64,000 bases of DNA from Candidatus Latescibacterota bacterium (GCA_965243025.1 CBDETY010000003.1:6240001-6304000), one strand, 5' to 3'. Numbered from the stretch's first letter, positions 52,193 through 62,380 are shown. Translations and numbers: made by a program. Notes: generated by a model not told the origin, from the sequence alone.

Positions 52193-54051
52193 TGGGGATT
52201 CCGCTCGGACAACGGTGGGTGCTGGTCCTGTCCCTCGGCCTCCTGCCCGAAAGCTCCCCCGCGGTGACGATCTACCGCTTCGGCGGCGAGGACCTGCCTC
52301 CGCCCCTGGAAAGCGCCCGTGACGACGTGGAGTTCCTGCGGATGGACTGGGGGGAGATCAGCGTCGAGAGCGGCGGGGAGCATGCGGGCATCCGGATGGA
52401 GAAAGGAGTCATCGGGCCCCGGAAGCTCGACCCGGGAAGGAACGTCGCGGCCCTGGTCTGGAAGAGAGATCCGTCGCTCGAGCTCCTGTTCGACAACGAT
52501 CCGGGGACCGTCTGGATCGCCGAGCCGTACGAGTGCGGGGATTCGTTCGCGAGCCGCTGCGACGGCCGCTACGGCCGGCGGGGGGTCCTCAACATCGACT
52601 TCGCCGACAGGGTCCTGATAAACCGGATCCGGTTGATGTCAGGCAGCGACAATCCCCTGGAGACGGTGAGGAACTTCGGACTCTCCCTTTCTCCAAGCCG
52701 TCTCGGAAGCGACAGGACCGTGCTCCTGCCCTTCCTGGAGGAGGTGCTGGAAAACGAGGACCCGAGCCTGGTGCTGGAGTTCCCGGACGACCTGCCCGCG
52801 GCGTCGGCGCTGCAGATCGCCGTGAGCGACCACGCCCGGCCCTGGAGTATCGGCGAGATCCAGATATTCGCGCGGGGGGTGGCGGGCAAGGCTGCCTACA
52901 CCGGCAACATCCTCGACTTCGGGAAGCCGGCGGTATGGGGGGAGATGCGCTGGTCCCTGAAACAGGAACCGGAATCCCTCCTCTATGTGCGCACCCGGAA
53001 CGGCGGCAGCTCGCAGCTGTTCCGCTACTGGAAATACACCGGCATGGGGGACCACAAGGTCGAGGTGACCCCGGAGGAGTACGAAGAGCTTCCCGGGAGG
53101 CTGCAGGCCGAGCCGACCTACAACTACGACAGCTGGAACCCGTGGACGTCCCGCTTCAACCTGGTGAACGGGGGGGCCCCGCCCCCGGTCTTCCCGGTCC
53201 CCCGCCGCAGCTTCCAGTTCAGTCTCGAGTTCGTCTCCTCCGGCGAGGAGGGGACCCGGCTCGAGTTCCTCGAGTTCCGCGCTTCGGCGGCGGCGGTCAC
53301 CCGCGTCGTGGGCGAGCTCGACCCGATCCGGGTGAAAGCCGGCTCCCCGACCCGCTTCACCTACGCCCTCAGGCCGCGGATCCACGAAGGCGACCCCGGG
53401 TTCGACCTCGTCGAGATGCGGGCGGTGGCGGCGCGCATCGACGCCGTGCAGGCGGTGCTGATCGACGGCGCCGGGGTGCCGTTCCATGTCCTGGAGCTCG
53501 AAGACCGGCGCGCCGTTCTAAGCATCCCGCGGGTGGCCGGGCTCGCGTACTCCGACGCCATCGTCGAGGTCCTGTTCGACGCCCGGGTGCTGCGCTTCGG
53601 GGGCGCCTTCATGGGGCAGATCGCCGACAGCGAGCGCCCGCACGACGTGCCGCAGCCGGTGCTTTCCGGGGACGCCATCGACGAGGCGCTCGGGGACCGG
53701 GTGTGGATCGAGACCTCGATCGCCGTCGAGTCCGCCCTCGAGGCGCGCGCCGAGCCCGCGGCGTTCACCCCGAACGGGGACGGGGTCAACGACGGGGTGG
53801 AGATCGCCTACGACCTCGTCGAAGTAACCCGGCCCGTCTCCGTGGAGGTGGAGATACGGGACCTCGCCGGCCGGCGCGTGCGCCTGCTGCATTCCGGCGA
53901 GGAGGGGATCGGCAGGTACCGGCGCCGGTGGGACGGCCGCCTCGACGACGGCACCCCGGCGCCCCCCGGCATCTACCTCTACCGCGTGACGACAACCGAT
54001 GTCTCCGGCGAACGCTTTGCCGAGGTCGGCCCCCTGCGGGTCGTCTATTAA
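52192..54051 (+). CDS. Secreted TPNGDGxND/FlgD-Ig C-terminal domain protein (paralog 4)
   Basis: TGATG coupling; signal peptide, then VTIYRFGG; FDNDPGTVW; SWNPWTS; FTPNGDGVND...WDGRLDDG..APPGIYLYRV...RVVY. Confidence 0.82.
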   Translation: MGIPLGQRWVLVLSLGLLPESSPAVTIYRFGGEDLPPPLESARDDVEFLRMDWGEISVESGGEHAGIRMEKGVIGPRKLDPGRNVAALVWKRDPSLELLFDNDPGTVWIAEPYECGDSFASRCDGRYGRRGVLNIDFADRVLINRIRLMSGSDNPLETVRNFGLSLSPSRLGSDRTVLLPFLEEVLENEDPSLVLEFPDDLPAASALQIAVSDHARPWSIGEIQIFARGVAGKAAYTGNILDFGKPAVWGEMRWSLKQEPESLLYVRTRNGGSSQLFRYWKYTGMGDHKVEVTPEEYEELPGRLQAEPTYNYDSWNPWTSRFNLVNGGAPPPVFPVPRRSFQFSLEFVSSGEEGTRLEFLEFRASAAAVTRVVGELDPIRVKAGSPTRFTYALRPRIHEGDPGFDLVEMRAVAARIDAVQAVLIDGAGVPFHVLELEDRRAVLSIPRVAGLAYSDAIVEVLFDARVLRFGGAFMGQIADSERPHDVPQPVLSGDAIDEALGDRVWIETSIAVESALEARAEPAAFTPNGDGVNDGVEIAYDLVEVTRPVSVEVEIRDLAGRRVRLLHSGEEGIGRYRRRWDGRLDDGTPAPPGIYLYRVTTTDVSGERFAEVGPLRVVY

Positions 54052-54077
54052 GAGACTCGCGCCGCGGAGAATCGCGC

Positions 54078-56897
54078 ATGAAGACTCGCCGTTTCATGTA
54101 TCGGGTCGCGCCGCAGATGGGAACTACTGAGCGTCGGCAACCCCGGCGACTCCTCTCCGGGGCGCTGCTGCTGGCGGTCTGCGCGGGTAGCGCCGCGGCG
54201 CGGCCGGACTACGGCAACCGGCTCGGGCAGCGCACCGCGGGGGAGGTGGAGTTCCGCCCCTTCGGAGCGACGGTCGTCGCCGAGCACCTCGACCCCTCGG
54301 TGAGGAAGTGGTACCTGCCGCAGGAGTTCCTCGACGAGTACAAGTGGCGGCCCTGGGAGACGCGCAACTACGCGAGGGACCCCTACCGCCGCTACCGCTC
54401 CATCCTCTCGGAAGGAACCTACCTGTACGACCGCTTCGGCAAGTACCTGACCCGGGGCTGGGTGATCTACGACTGGACGGAGGAGCGGCCGAGGGAAGCG
54501 GAGGGAAGCCGCATCCTGCCGCCCCAATGGCCGCTGTCCGGCCTCAACATCGTTTCCGACCGCAAGGGCCGGCACCAGATGCGGGTCACCATCGGCGCCA
54601 ACATCCCGGTCACCCTGACGCCGATGACCTTTCGCAAGTCCGCCTACCACGGCATGCTGGTCGACTACCAGTCGGACCGCTTCTCCGCCACCGGCCTGGT
54701 GTCGCGCATCAGCCACCCCGGGTTCGCGAACGTTCCCGCGTACGAGCAGATCTCCTTCGCCAACCTCACCAGCCTGTTCGGCGGCAGGGCCGAGGCCGCC
54801 CTCGGGGACCGCTTCACCCTGGGAGCGACCTTCGTCAACGCCCACCACGGCAGGACGGTGCTGTCGAGCTTTCAGGGGAGCCCGTTCACCGGAGCCCTCA
54901 CCGCGAGCCAGCACCAGGCCCTGATAACGGAGATCGTCGTCCGCATCAGCGACGATTCCCCGGCCGACCCCGGCGGGGCCATCCTCGTGTACGACGACGT
55001 CGAGATCACAACGCGAATCGGCCACGTCGACACCGTCCTCGTCGGCAGCCGCATCGGCTTCAGGCCCGAGAAGGAAGGGGGGTTTGCACGGGAGGGGGCG
55101 AGGGTCGCGGAAGGGGGGGACGCGATACTGCTGCGCTACGTCCTTGCCGACGATCCGGAGACCTCCCGACTGGAGGGCCTGCAGGGGATGATCGGCGACG
55201 CCGAGATCGCCGCCAACATCCGCAACGTCCGCTTCAGGCTGTTCCTGGTGGACGACTACAGGGTCGAGGTGACTTCGAGCAACCAGACCAACGCCGAGGG
55301 AAAACCGGTGTTCCTCACGGTGACGCGGGCGCGCCGCAACACCCGGGACGGCTCAAACAAGAAGCAGGTGGTGTTCGACTACGGCCTGCCGACGGCGAAC
55401 CAGATCGCCGGCTTCACCGCCGAGGCGCGCGGCCTGCTCGGGTTCGATCTCTACGGCGAGCTCGACGTCAACCACCGCTACCGGCAGTTCCCCTACCGCC
55501 GCAGCGAGACCCACCGGGCGCGCTCCGGGATCCTCGGGGACGAGACCGCCCTGGCCTGGATGGCCAATCTCGCCAGGGACTCGTTCCCCTGGTTCTGCCT
55601 CGTCGAGGCGTTCTACATGGACGAGGACTACAGCACCAGCTCCTTCGTCGCGGACGGGGCCGGCAACGTCGACTACGAGGACGAGACCCGCAGCCTGTAC
55701 GATTTCGTCGACGACAACGACGACAACGACCGCCTGCCGGACCAGCGGCGCCTCTACCAGGACGCCCGGATCGGCGTGGAGAGGTTGAACGAGACCCTGA
55801 CCGCCCAGGGGTTCGCCGACAACGCCGTCTTCCCCGGATGGGACACCAACAACGACTTCATATCCGACTTCAACCAGAACGGCAACAGGCTGCAGGAAAA
55901 CCTGCTGCCCGACTACGAGGAGCCGTTTCTGCGCCACTCGGTCGACCGGCCGGAATTCCTTTTCGGGATCGACCTCAACAACAATGGATGGATAGACCGC
56001 TTCGAGAACGACAACGAGCCCGACTACCCGTACAAGAGCGACCGCAAGGGGTACAACGCCTACCTGCGCAGGCATTTCACCCCGGAGCTGAACCTCACCG
56101 TCGGCAGGACGCGCCAGTCCGCGATTTCCGACGACAGGGAGGCGGTGACGAGCTACGCGATCCTCGCGCTCGAAAGGGACTTGCCCGGCATCGGCGTGGT
56201 CCGGGTCTTCGACATGCTCAAGAGAGCCGCCGACGACATCCCGGACGATCTCGTCCAGTGGGTGCAGCAGCCGCAGTCCCGCGGCCTACTCGAGCCGTTC
56301 GCCGATCCGCTGGCGGCGACCGACGCCTGGATAAACACCGCCTTCCTCGGGTTCGAGAGGCGCGCCGACTTCGGGGTCAACTTCGAGAGCAAGCTCAAGC
56401 ACGAGACCGTGAGACAGGCCGCCGACGGGAGCGGCCACAAGCGCCACACCCGCCTGCTCGGACTCGTGAACAAGGCATCCTGGATCGCGGCCGTCGGCAA
56501 TCTGACCGTCGAGCCGAGGCTGAAGAGCGCCCTGCTGAGGGACGACACGCCGTACTCGATCGGCAAATCGGAACGGGAGGAGTGGACGGGGACCGCAGAC
56601 GTCCTGCTGAGGTACCCGTTCCTGCGCAGAAGCCAGGTCGAGCTCGGGGTCGAGCAGACCTGGTTCGACGACAGTCTGGTGAAGGAGGAGGAGCTTTCCC
56701 GGGGTGAGCGGACCGGGGATTACCGCAACCTGGTGGTCGCGCTGCAGGTAACCAACCGCAGCGACTACCTCGGGTACCGCTTCAACACCCGGTTCGGCTA
56801 CATGATGAACTGGCGGAACGCCGGGAGATACCGGAGGGAGCCGCTGTCCGAGGCCGGGGGGTTGAGTTTCCTGACGATCTACGCGGCTCTCCGCTGA
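54078..56897 (+). CDS. Large hypothetical exported protein, probably an outer-membrane beta-barrel with Asp-rich Ca-binding-like loops
   Basis: Signal peptide ending AGSAAA; many amphipathic beta-strand patterns; DDNDDND, DTNNDFISD and DLNNNGWID loops; terminal strand SFLTIYAAL. Start could be 54096 or 54117. Confidence 0.7.
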   Translation: MKTRRFMYRVAPQMGTTERRQPRRLLSGALLLAVCAGSAAARPDYGNRLGQRTAGEVEFRPFGATVVAEHLDPSVRKWYLPQEFLDEYKWRPWETRNYARDPYRRYRSILSEGTYLYDRFGKYLTRGWVIYDWTEERPREAEGSRILPPQWPLSGLNIVSDRKGRHQMRVTIGANIPVTLTPMTFRKSAYHGMLVDYQSDRFSATGLVSRISHPGFANVPAYEQISFANLTSLFGGRAEAALGDRFTLGATFVNAHHGRTVLSSFQGSPFTGALTASQHQALITEIVVRISDDSPADPGGAILVYDDVEITTRIGHVDTVLVGSRIGFRPEKEGGFAREGARVAEGGDAILLRYVLADDPETSRLEGLQGMIGDAEIAANIRNVRFRLFLVDDYRVEVTSSNQTNAEGKPVFLTVTRARRNTRDGSNKKQVVFDYGLPTANQIAGFTAEARGLLGFDLYGELDVNHRYRQFPYRRSETHRARSGILGDETALAWMANLARDSFPWFCLVEAFYMDEDYSTSSFVADGAGNVDYEDETRSLYDFVDDNDDNDRLPDQRRLYQDARIGVERLNETLTAQGFADNAVFPGWDTNNDFISDFNQNGNRLQENLLPDYEEPFLRHSVDRPEFLFGIDLNNNGWIDRFENDNEPDYPYKSDRKGYNAYLRRHFTPELNLTVGRTRQSAISDDREAVTSYAILALERDLPGIGVVRVFDMLKRAADDIPDDLVQWVQQPQSRGLLEPFADPLAATDAWINTAFLGFERRADFGVNFESKLKHETVRQAADGSGHKRHTRLLGLVNKASWIAAVGNLTVEPRLKSALLRDDTPYSIGKSEREEWTGTADVLLRYPFLRRSQVELGVEQTWFDDSLVKEEELSRGERTGDYRNLVVALQVTNRSDYLGYRFNTRFGYMMNWRNAGRYRREPLSEAGGLSFLTIYAALR

Positions 56898-56940
56898 GGG
56901 TACCCGCGCCCGCCCGACAGGGTGCAACTGCCCATTAATG

Positions 56941-58947
56941 TCAGGGCTCTGACAACAGGGAAGGGGGATCGGATTCCGCCTCCCCATGCCCCTGCGGAGG
57001 CAACTGTTCCCCGGGGCGGGGGATGGCGAGCCCCACCCATTCGGGATTCCCGCCCCACCCGCCCAGGGGAACCACGATGTAGTCGCGGCCGGCTGCGGTG
57101 TAGGCGACGGGATTGCCGCTGGCGTTCCCGGGAAGGCGGACGCGGGCGATGAGACGCCCGTCCAGCAGGTCGTAGGCGGAGAGGCGTTTCCCGGCATCGC
57201 CGCGGTACCGTCCGCGGAGATTTCCCAGTCTGTCAGGCGGCTCCGAGGCGGCGATCAGAATCTCCGGCGTCGTCAGCACGAAGACGCGGGCATCCCACCC
57301 GAGGGGGGGCAGGTCAAGCTCCCGCAGGGCGGGGTGGTCGACCGGTCCGAGACCGTTGGGAACCATCCAGCGGTGCTCGCCGGTGTTCACGTCGATGGCG
57401 GTGATGCGGCCGTACGGCGGTTTGACGAGCGGCAACCCCTGCGGCCCGCCGGAAGAAAAAAAGAGGGGGGCATACCTCGAGAACGACGTCCCGCCGCCGG
57501 CCTCCCTGAGGCCGAAAACGGCAGGCACCGTCCGCGACGGAACGTACACCCAGCCGTTGGGATGAGCGGCCCCGCCGCCCCAGTCGGCGCCGCCCACGCC
57601 GCCCGGCAGGGTCCAGGTGCCCCGTTCGCTCGGAGGAGTGAAGAGCGGCCCGGAGTCGTGCCGCCGGGCGATCTGAAGGGCCTGCTCCCGCAGCTCCGGG
57701 GTGAAATCGATCAGGTCCTCTTCCCCCAATCCCTGGCGGTCGAAGGGCAGGGGCCGGGTCGGAAAGGGCTGTGTCGGCGAGGCCCGTTCCCCCGGGACCG
57801 GCGATTGCGGGACCGGGCGCTCCTCCACGGGCCAGAGCGGCTCTCCGGTGACGCGGTCGAAGACGAAGGCGAACGCCTGCTTGGTCAGCTGCACGACCGC
57901 CTTGACCGGCCTGCCGTCTACCGAGACGTCCATCAGAATGGGCGCCGAGGCGACGTCGTAATCCCAGATCCCGTGGTGGATGAGCTGGTAGTGCCAGATG
58001 CGGCGTCCGCTCCTGCAGTCGACGCACACCAGGGTTTCGGAGAACAGATTGTCCCCGGGCCGCTCGCCGCCGTAGAAGTCGTGGCTCGGGGCGCTGACCG
58101 GCAGGTAGGCGTAGCCGAGATCGAGGTCGGCGCTCATAGGAGCCCAGACGTTGGCGCCGCCGTACCGCTTCCAGCTCCCTTCTTCCCACGTCTCGTTGCC
58201 GAACTCTCCCGCCTGCGGAACGGTGTGGAAAGTCCACAGCAGCTCACCGGTGCGCACGTCGAAGCCGCGCACGTCGCCGAGCGGAAGGAACTCCGGGACC
58301 TCCCCGCCCCACTCGCTGTGGCTCGAACCGACGATGGCGACGTCGCCGCAGACCATGGGAGGGGAGGAGACGCCGTACAAAAAACGGTCCGGGGGCCTGC
58401 GGAGATGCTGCGTCAGGTCGACGCGCCCGTTGTCGCCGAAGGCCCTGTCCGGCTCCCCGGTGACGGCGTCGAGAGAATGGAGGTAGGCCGACGAGGTAGC
58501 GGCCAGGATGCGGCCCCGGGAGCCGTCGCTCCAGTACGCCACGCCGCGGCTGACGTTGAATTCTTTATCGACCTTCCACGCTTCCGGATCGAAGGTCCAG
58601 AGCTCCCGGCCGGTGGCCGCGTCGAGAGCCGCGACGATGTTGTACGGACTGATGACGAAAAGGGTTCCGTCGACCATCAGCGGCGCGCACTCGTTGCTGC
58701 TCGGCCTGATCCTGACGTCTTGGGTCTCGCGGATGCGGAGATCGGGGGGACTCCAGCGCCAGATCACCCGCAGCCGCGAGAAGTTGGTGCTGTCGATTCC
58801 GGTGACGGCGGCGAAGCGGGTGCTGGCGGCGTCGCCGCCGTGGTACCGCCACTCGAGCGGCGGCGGTGCGGGCGCGGGGGAGCGAAGGTGGACGCAGGCG
58901 CTCAAAACCAGCGGCAGCGCCCACAGGCTGCGGAGGAGCGGCCTCAC
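56941..58947 (-). CDS. PQQ-dependent dehydrogenase (glucose/quinate family beta-propeller), lipoprotein
   Basis: GTG start overlapping the upstream stop; lipobox LSAC; EWRYHGGD, ALDAATGRELWTFDP, GGANVW, WHYQLIHHGIWDYD, GGADWGG. Confidence 0.9.
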   Translation of the reverse strand: MRPLLRSLWALPLVLSACVHLRSPAPAPPPLEWRYHGGDAASTRFAAVTGIDSTNFSRLRVIWRWSPPDLRIRETQDVRIRPSSNECAPLMVDGTLFVISPYNIVAALDAATGRELWTFDPEAWKVDKEFNVSRGVAYWSDGSRGRILAATSSAYLHSLDAVTGEPDRAFGDNGRVDLTQHLRRPPDRFLYGVSSPPMVCGDVAIVGSSHSEWGGEVPEFLPLGDVRGFDVRTGELLWTFHTVPQAGEFGNETWEEGSWKRYGGANVWAPMSADLDLGYAYLPVSAPSHDFYGGERPGDNLFSETLVCVDCRSGRRIWHYQLIHHGIWDYDVASAPILMDVSVDGRPVKAVVQLTKQAFAFVFDRVTGEPLWPVEERPVPQSPVPGERASPTQPFPTRPLPFDRQGLGEEDLIDFTPELREQALQIARRHDSGPLFTPPSERGTWTLPGGVGGADWGGGAAHPNGWVYVPSRTVPAVFGLREAGGGTSFSRYAPLFFSSGGPQGLPLVKPPYGRITAIDVNTGEHRWMVPNGLGPVDHPALRELDLPPLGWDARVFVLTTPEILIAASEPPDRLGNLRGRYRGDAGKRLSAYDLLDGRLIARVRLPGNASGNPVAYTAAGRDYIVVPLGGWGGNPEWVGLAIPRPGEQLPPQGHGEAESDPPSLLSEP

Positions 58948-59921
58948 TGACGCATGTGGTGGTAGGCCTCGGTGGCCGACTGCGGGCGCTCGTAGTCGAT
59001 CGACCACTCCCGTTCCTCGGCCGGCATCTTGCCGAGGGCCCTGGCCATCTGGCGGATGTGCGAGCCCTCGCAGCCGCAGCAGCCGCCGATGTAGTTCACA
59101 CCGAGGCCGGCGGCCCTGGAGGCGAACTCCCCCATTTCGTAGCGGCTGATCTGGTGGGGGTCGAGCCGGTCGGGGAACTCCTTCAGCCCGGTGAAGAACG
59201 GGACCTCCGGGGTGCACCGGTAGGCGACCGGCTGCGCCGCGACGGGGCAGCTGACCGCGGCGCGCATCTCCTCGGCGACCGGCAGCATGAAGGTCGGGTC
59301 CTGCCAGCAGTTGACGCCGACGATGTCGGCCCCGGCCTGCTCCAGCCTCTTCGCCGCGTCCCCCGGGGTCATCCCTTCGGCGGTGCGGACGCCGCCGAAA
59401 CAGAGGGTGGCCATGACCGGCAGGCCGGTCTTCCGGGCGCGTTCCAGGGCGATCAGGGCCTCGCCGGCGGCGAGGAAGGTCTCGCAGATGATGAAGTCGA
59501 CCCCTTCCTCCATCTGGAAGGCGATCTGGTCGTCGAAGAGCCGCCGGCACTCGTCCGCCGCGGCCGCGTTTCCCTCCTCGTACTTCCAGGTCACGCAGAC
59601 ATTGCCGGCGACCAGGGTGTCGGGGCCGGCCGCTTCGCGGGCGATGCGCACGGCGGCGCGGTTGATGTCGCCGAGCCGGCCCTCGTACCCGATCTGGGCG
59701 AGCTTGTTCTCGCTGGCGTAGAAGGTGAGCACCTGCAGCACCTCGGCGCCGGCGTGGACGAACTCCTCGTGCAGGGCGCGCAGGGCCAGGGGGTTCTCGA
59801 TCGTCACCTCCGGGGTGAAGGGGCCGGCCTGCACGTACCCGCGGTTCTCGAGGGCGAGCAGGTAGCCGCCGTCGCCGAGGACGATCCCTTCCTTCAGCTT
59901 GTCCGTTATCGATGCAGTCAC
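58944..59921 (-). CDS. Homocysteine S-methyltransferase family protein (betaine-homocysteine methyltransferase-like)
   Basis: GIVLGDGGY...LE.RGYVQAGPFTPE, GADIVGVNC, YIGGCCG (Zn ligands). Confidence 0.9.
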   Translation of the reverse strand: MTASITDKLKEGIVLGDGGYLLALENRGYVQAGPFTPEVTIENPLALRALHEEFVHAGAEVLQVLTFYASENKLAQIGYEGRLGDINRAAVRIAREAAGPDTLVAGNVCVTWKYEEGNAAAADECRRLFDDQIAFQMEEGVDFIICETFLAAGEALIALERARKTGLPVMATLCFGGVRTAEGMTPGDAAKRLEQAGADIVGVNCWQDPTFMLPVAEEMRAAVSCPVAAQPVAYRCTPEVPFFTGLKEFPDRLDPHQISRYEMGEFASRAAGLGVNYIGGCCGCEGSHIRQMARALGKMPAEEREWSIDYERPQSATEAYHHMRQ

Positions 59922-62380
59922 GAGGCTGCTCCTTTGCTGGGGGGTACCAGCGGCTCCGCGGTCACGGTGGCGGCGAGGCGCTCGCCGAAGTACTCGATTT
60001 CGACGCGGTTTCCCGGGGCCGCGTTCCGCACCGGCAGGTACCCGTAAACGATATGCCTGCCGACGCTGTAGCCGCGGTTGCTGCTGGTGACCGATCCGAG
60101 CACCCGCTCCCCGTCGAGGATCGGCTCCTTGCCGAGGACCACGGCCTCGGGGTCGTCGAGGGTCATGCAGCTCAGCCGGCGCTCCAGGCCCCGCTCGCGC
60201 CGCCCCAGCAGGGCGTCGCGGCCGAGGAAATTCCCCTTGTCGAGCTTCACCGTCCAGCCGAGACCGGCCTCGAAGGGATCGTATTCGGTGTGGATGTCGA
60301 TGCCGCGCAGGCGGTACCCTTTCTCGAGGCGCAGCGAGTCGAAGGCGCCGGCGCCGAGGGGGGCGATCCCGGCGGCCTGCCCCGACTCCCAGAGAAGCTC
60401 CCAGAGCTTCAATCCGTAGTCGGTTTCCGTGTAGATCTCCCAGCCCGGCTCGCCGGCGTACGACAGGCGCATCGCCAGCGCCGGCACCGCGCCGACGTCG
60501 ATGCGGCGGGCGGTGAAGCGGGGGAACGCCTGTTCGTCGAGGGGGTCGCGGCAAAGCGGCTGCAGGACCTCCTGCGCCCCGGGCCCCCAGAGTCCGAGGC
60601 CGCAGAACCGGGAGGTCGTCTCCGCGATCTGCACGGAGCCGTCGCCGGGGGCGTGGAGCCCGAACCAGGCGAGGTCGGCCGGCCCGGCCCCCGCCCCGGT
60701 GAAGACGAGGAAGCGCTCCTTTTCGAGGCGGGCGACGACCACGTCGCCGCGGATGCCGCCGGCCGCGTTCAGCATCGGGGTGTATATCACCGTTCCCGCA
60801 GGACGGTCGACCTGGTTGGCGGCGATGAACTGCAGGAAGGAAGCGGCCTTCCTGCCGCGCACCTCGATCTTCGCCAGCGGCGTCAGGTCGTACAGCACCG
60901 CGTTCTGACGGGCGGCCCTGTGCTCGGCTCCCTGGATCGGCGACCAGCCGCGGGCCTCCCAGCCGGACCGCTCGGGCCAGGACGGGTCGCATGGCAGGCT
61001 GGCGTTCGCCTCGAACCACTGCGGCACCTCCCAGCCGGCGCTTTCGAAGAAGACGGCCCCGAGCTCCCGCTGCCGCGGGTGGAAGGGGCTGAGGCGCAGG
61101 TCGCGGGGGTTCTCCATCTGCTGCAGCGGATGGATGATGTCGTACACCTCGCGGTACTGCTGCGTCCCGCGCGCCTCGACGTACTCCGGTGTCAGCGCAT
61201 GGGCGGGGAAGCGGTTGAGGTCGGCCTCGCGCAGGTCGACTTCCGGGGCGCCGGTGGTCATCCACTCCGCCACCGCCTTGCCGGCCCCGCCGGCGTGGGT
61301 GATCCAGATCGCCTCGGCGACCCAGAAGCCGCGCACGTCCGGCGACGGGCCGATCAGCGGCATGCCGTCCGGGGTGAACGAGAAGATGCCGTTGATGCCG
61401 TGGGTGAGCGGGGCGCCGCGCAGGGCCGGCAGCAGCTCGACGGCGTCGGCATGGGCGGCCTCGAAGTGTTCGGGGGTGAACTCCCTGATCGCCGGAGGCG
61501 GGGCATTCCCGTCGAAACCGGAGAGCTCCCCGGGGCGGACCAGAATGGGCTCGTGCTGGTAGGAGCCGATCCCGTAGCAGTCGGCGTGCTGGCGGAAGTA
61601 CATGGCGCGGTCCTGGTGGCGCATGACCGGGTGCGCCACCTCCCGGGTCTCCCCGGCCAGCTCGGGAAGCGGGGCGGACAAGGCGTACTGGTGCTGGACC
61701 GGGACCAGCGGGATCTCCACCCCCGCCATGCGGCCGATGCGCGGCCCCCAGATGCCGGCGCAGACCAGGACGGTGCCGGCGGCGATCCGCCCCCGCGAGG
61801 TCAGCACGGCGCGCACGCGGCCGCCGGCGACCTCGATGCCGGTGACCTCGGTGCGCCCGAAAAAAGCGGCGGCGCCGGCGGATGTCCGCGCCATGGCCCC
61901 GGCGGCGCGCACCGCCCTGGCGATGCCGTCCCCGGGGACGTGGTAGGCGCCGTGGATCTTCGTCTCGTCGAGGATGGGGACGAGCGGGCGGGCCTCGGCC
62001 GGGGAGATCAGCTCCGCCTCGACCCCCCAGGATTTCGCCGCCCCGGCCTTGCGCTTCAGGTCGCGCCAGCGCTCCGGAGTGGCGGCTACCTCGAGGCCGC
62101 CGACGGAGTGGAAGCAGGGCTCGCCGTCGAGCTCGAGGGCGTTGTACAGCCGGACGGTGCAGCGGGCGAACTCCGTCATCATGCGGGAGAAGTTGGTCTG
62201 GAACACTCCCCCCGGCGCGTGCGAGGTGGACCCGCCGGTCTCGAACAGGGGACCCTGGTCGATGACGACGATGTCGCGCCAGCCGAGTTGCGCCAGGTGG
62301 TAGACGGCGCTGCAGCCGGCGATGCCGGCGCCGATGACGACCAGCCGGGCCCGGTCGGGGATTTGCGTTGTTTCGGTCAT
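59918..62380 (-). CDS. Dimethylglycine/sarcosine dehydrogenase-like FAD oxidoreductase with GcvT domain
   Basis: VVIGAGIAGCS, GGSTSHAPG, FSFTPDGMPLIG, LYDLTPLAK, LSYAGEPGWEIY, SLRLEKGYR. Confidence 0.93.
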   Translation of the reverse strand: MTETTQIPDRARLVVIGAGIAGCSAVYHLAQLGWRDIVVIDQGPLFETGGSTSHAPGGVFQTNFSRMMTEFARCTVRLYNALELDGEPCFHSVGGLEVAATPERWRDLKRKAGAAKSWGVEAELISPAEARPLVPILDETKIHGAYHVPGDGIARAVRAAGAMARTSAGAAAFFGRTEVTGIEVAGGRVRAVLTSRGRIAAGTVLVCAGIWGPRIGRMAGVEIPLVPVQHQYALSAPLPELAGETREVAHPVMRHQDRAMYFRQHADCYGIGSYQHEPILVRPGELSGFDGNAPPPAIREFTPEHFEAAHADAVELLPALRGAPLTHGINGIFSFTPDGMPLIGPSPDVRGFWVAEAIWITHAGGAGKAVAEWMTTGAPEVDLREADLNRFPAHALTPEYVEARGTQQYREVYDIIHPLQQMENPRDLRLSPFHPRQRELGAVFFESAGWEVPQWFEANASLPCDPSWPERSGWEARGWSPIQGAEHRAARQNAVLYDLTPLAKIEVRGRKAASFLQFIAANQVDRPAGTVIYTPMLNAAGGIRGDVVVARLEKERFLVFTGAGAGPADLAWFGLHAPGDGSVQIAETTSRFCGLGLWGPGAQEVLQPLCRDPLDEQAFPRFTARRIDVGAVPALAMRLSYAGEPGWEIYTETDYGLKLWELLWESGQAAGIAPLGAGAFDSLRLEKGYRLRGIDIHTEYDPFEAGLGWTVKLDKGNFLGRDALLGRRERGLERRLSCMTLDDPEAVVLGKEPILDGERVLGSVTSSNRGYSVGRHIVYGYLPVRNAAPGNRVEIEYFGERLAATVTAEPLVPPSKGAAS

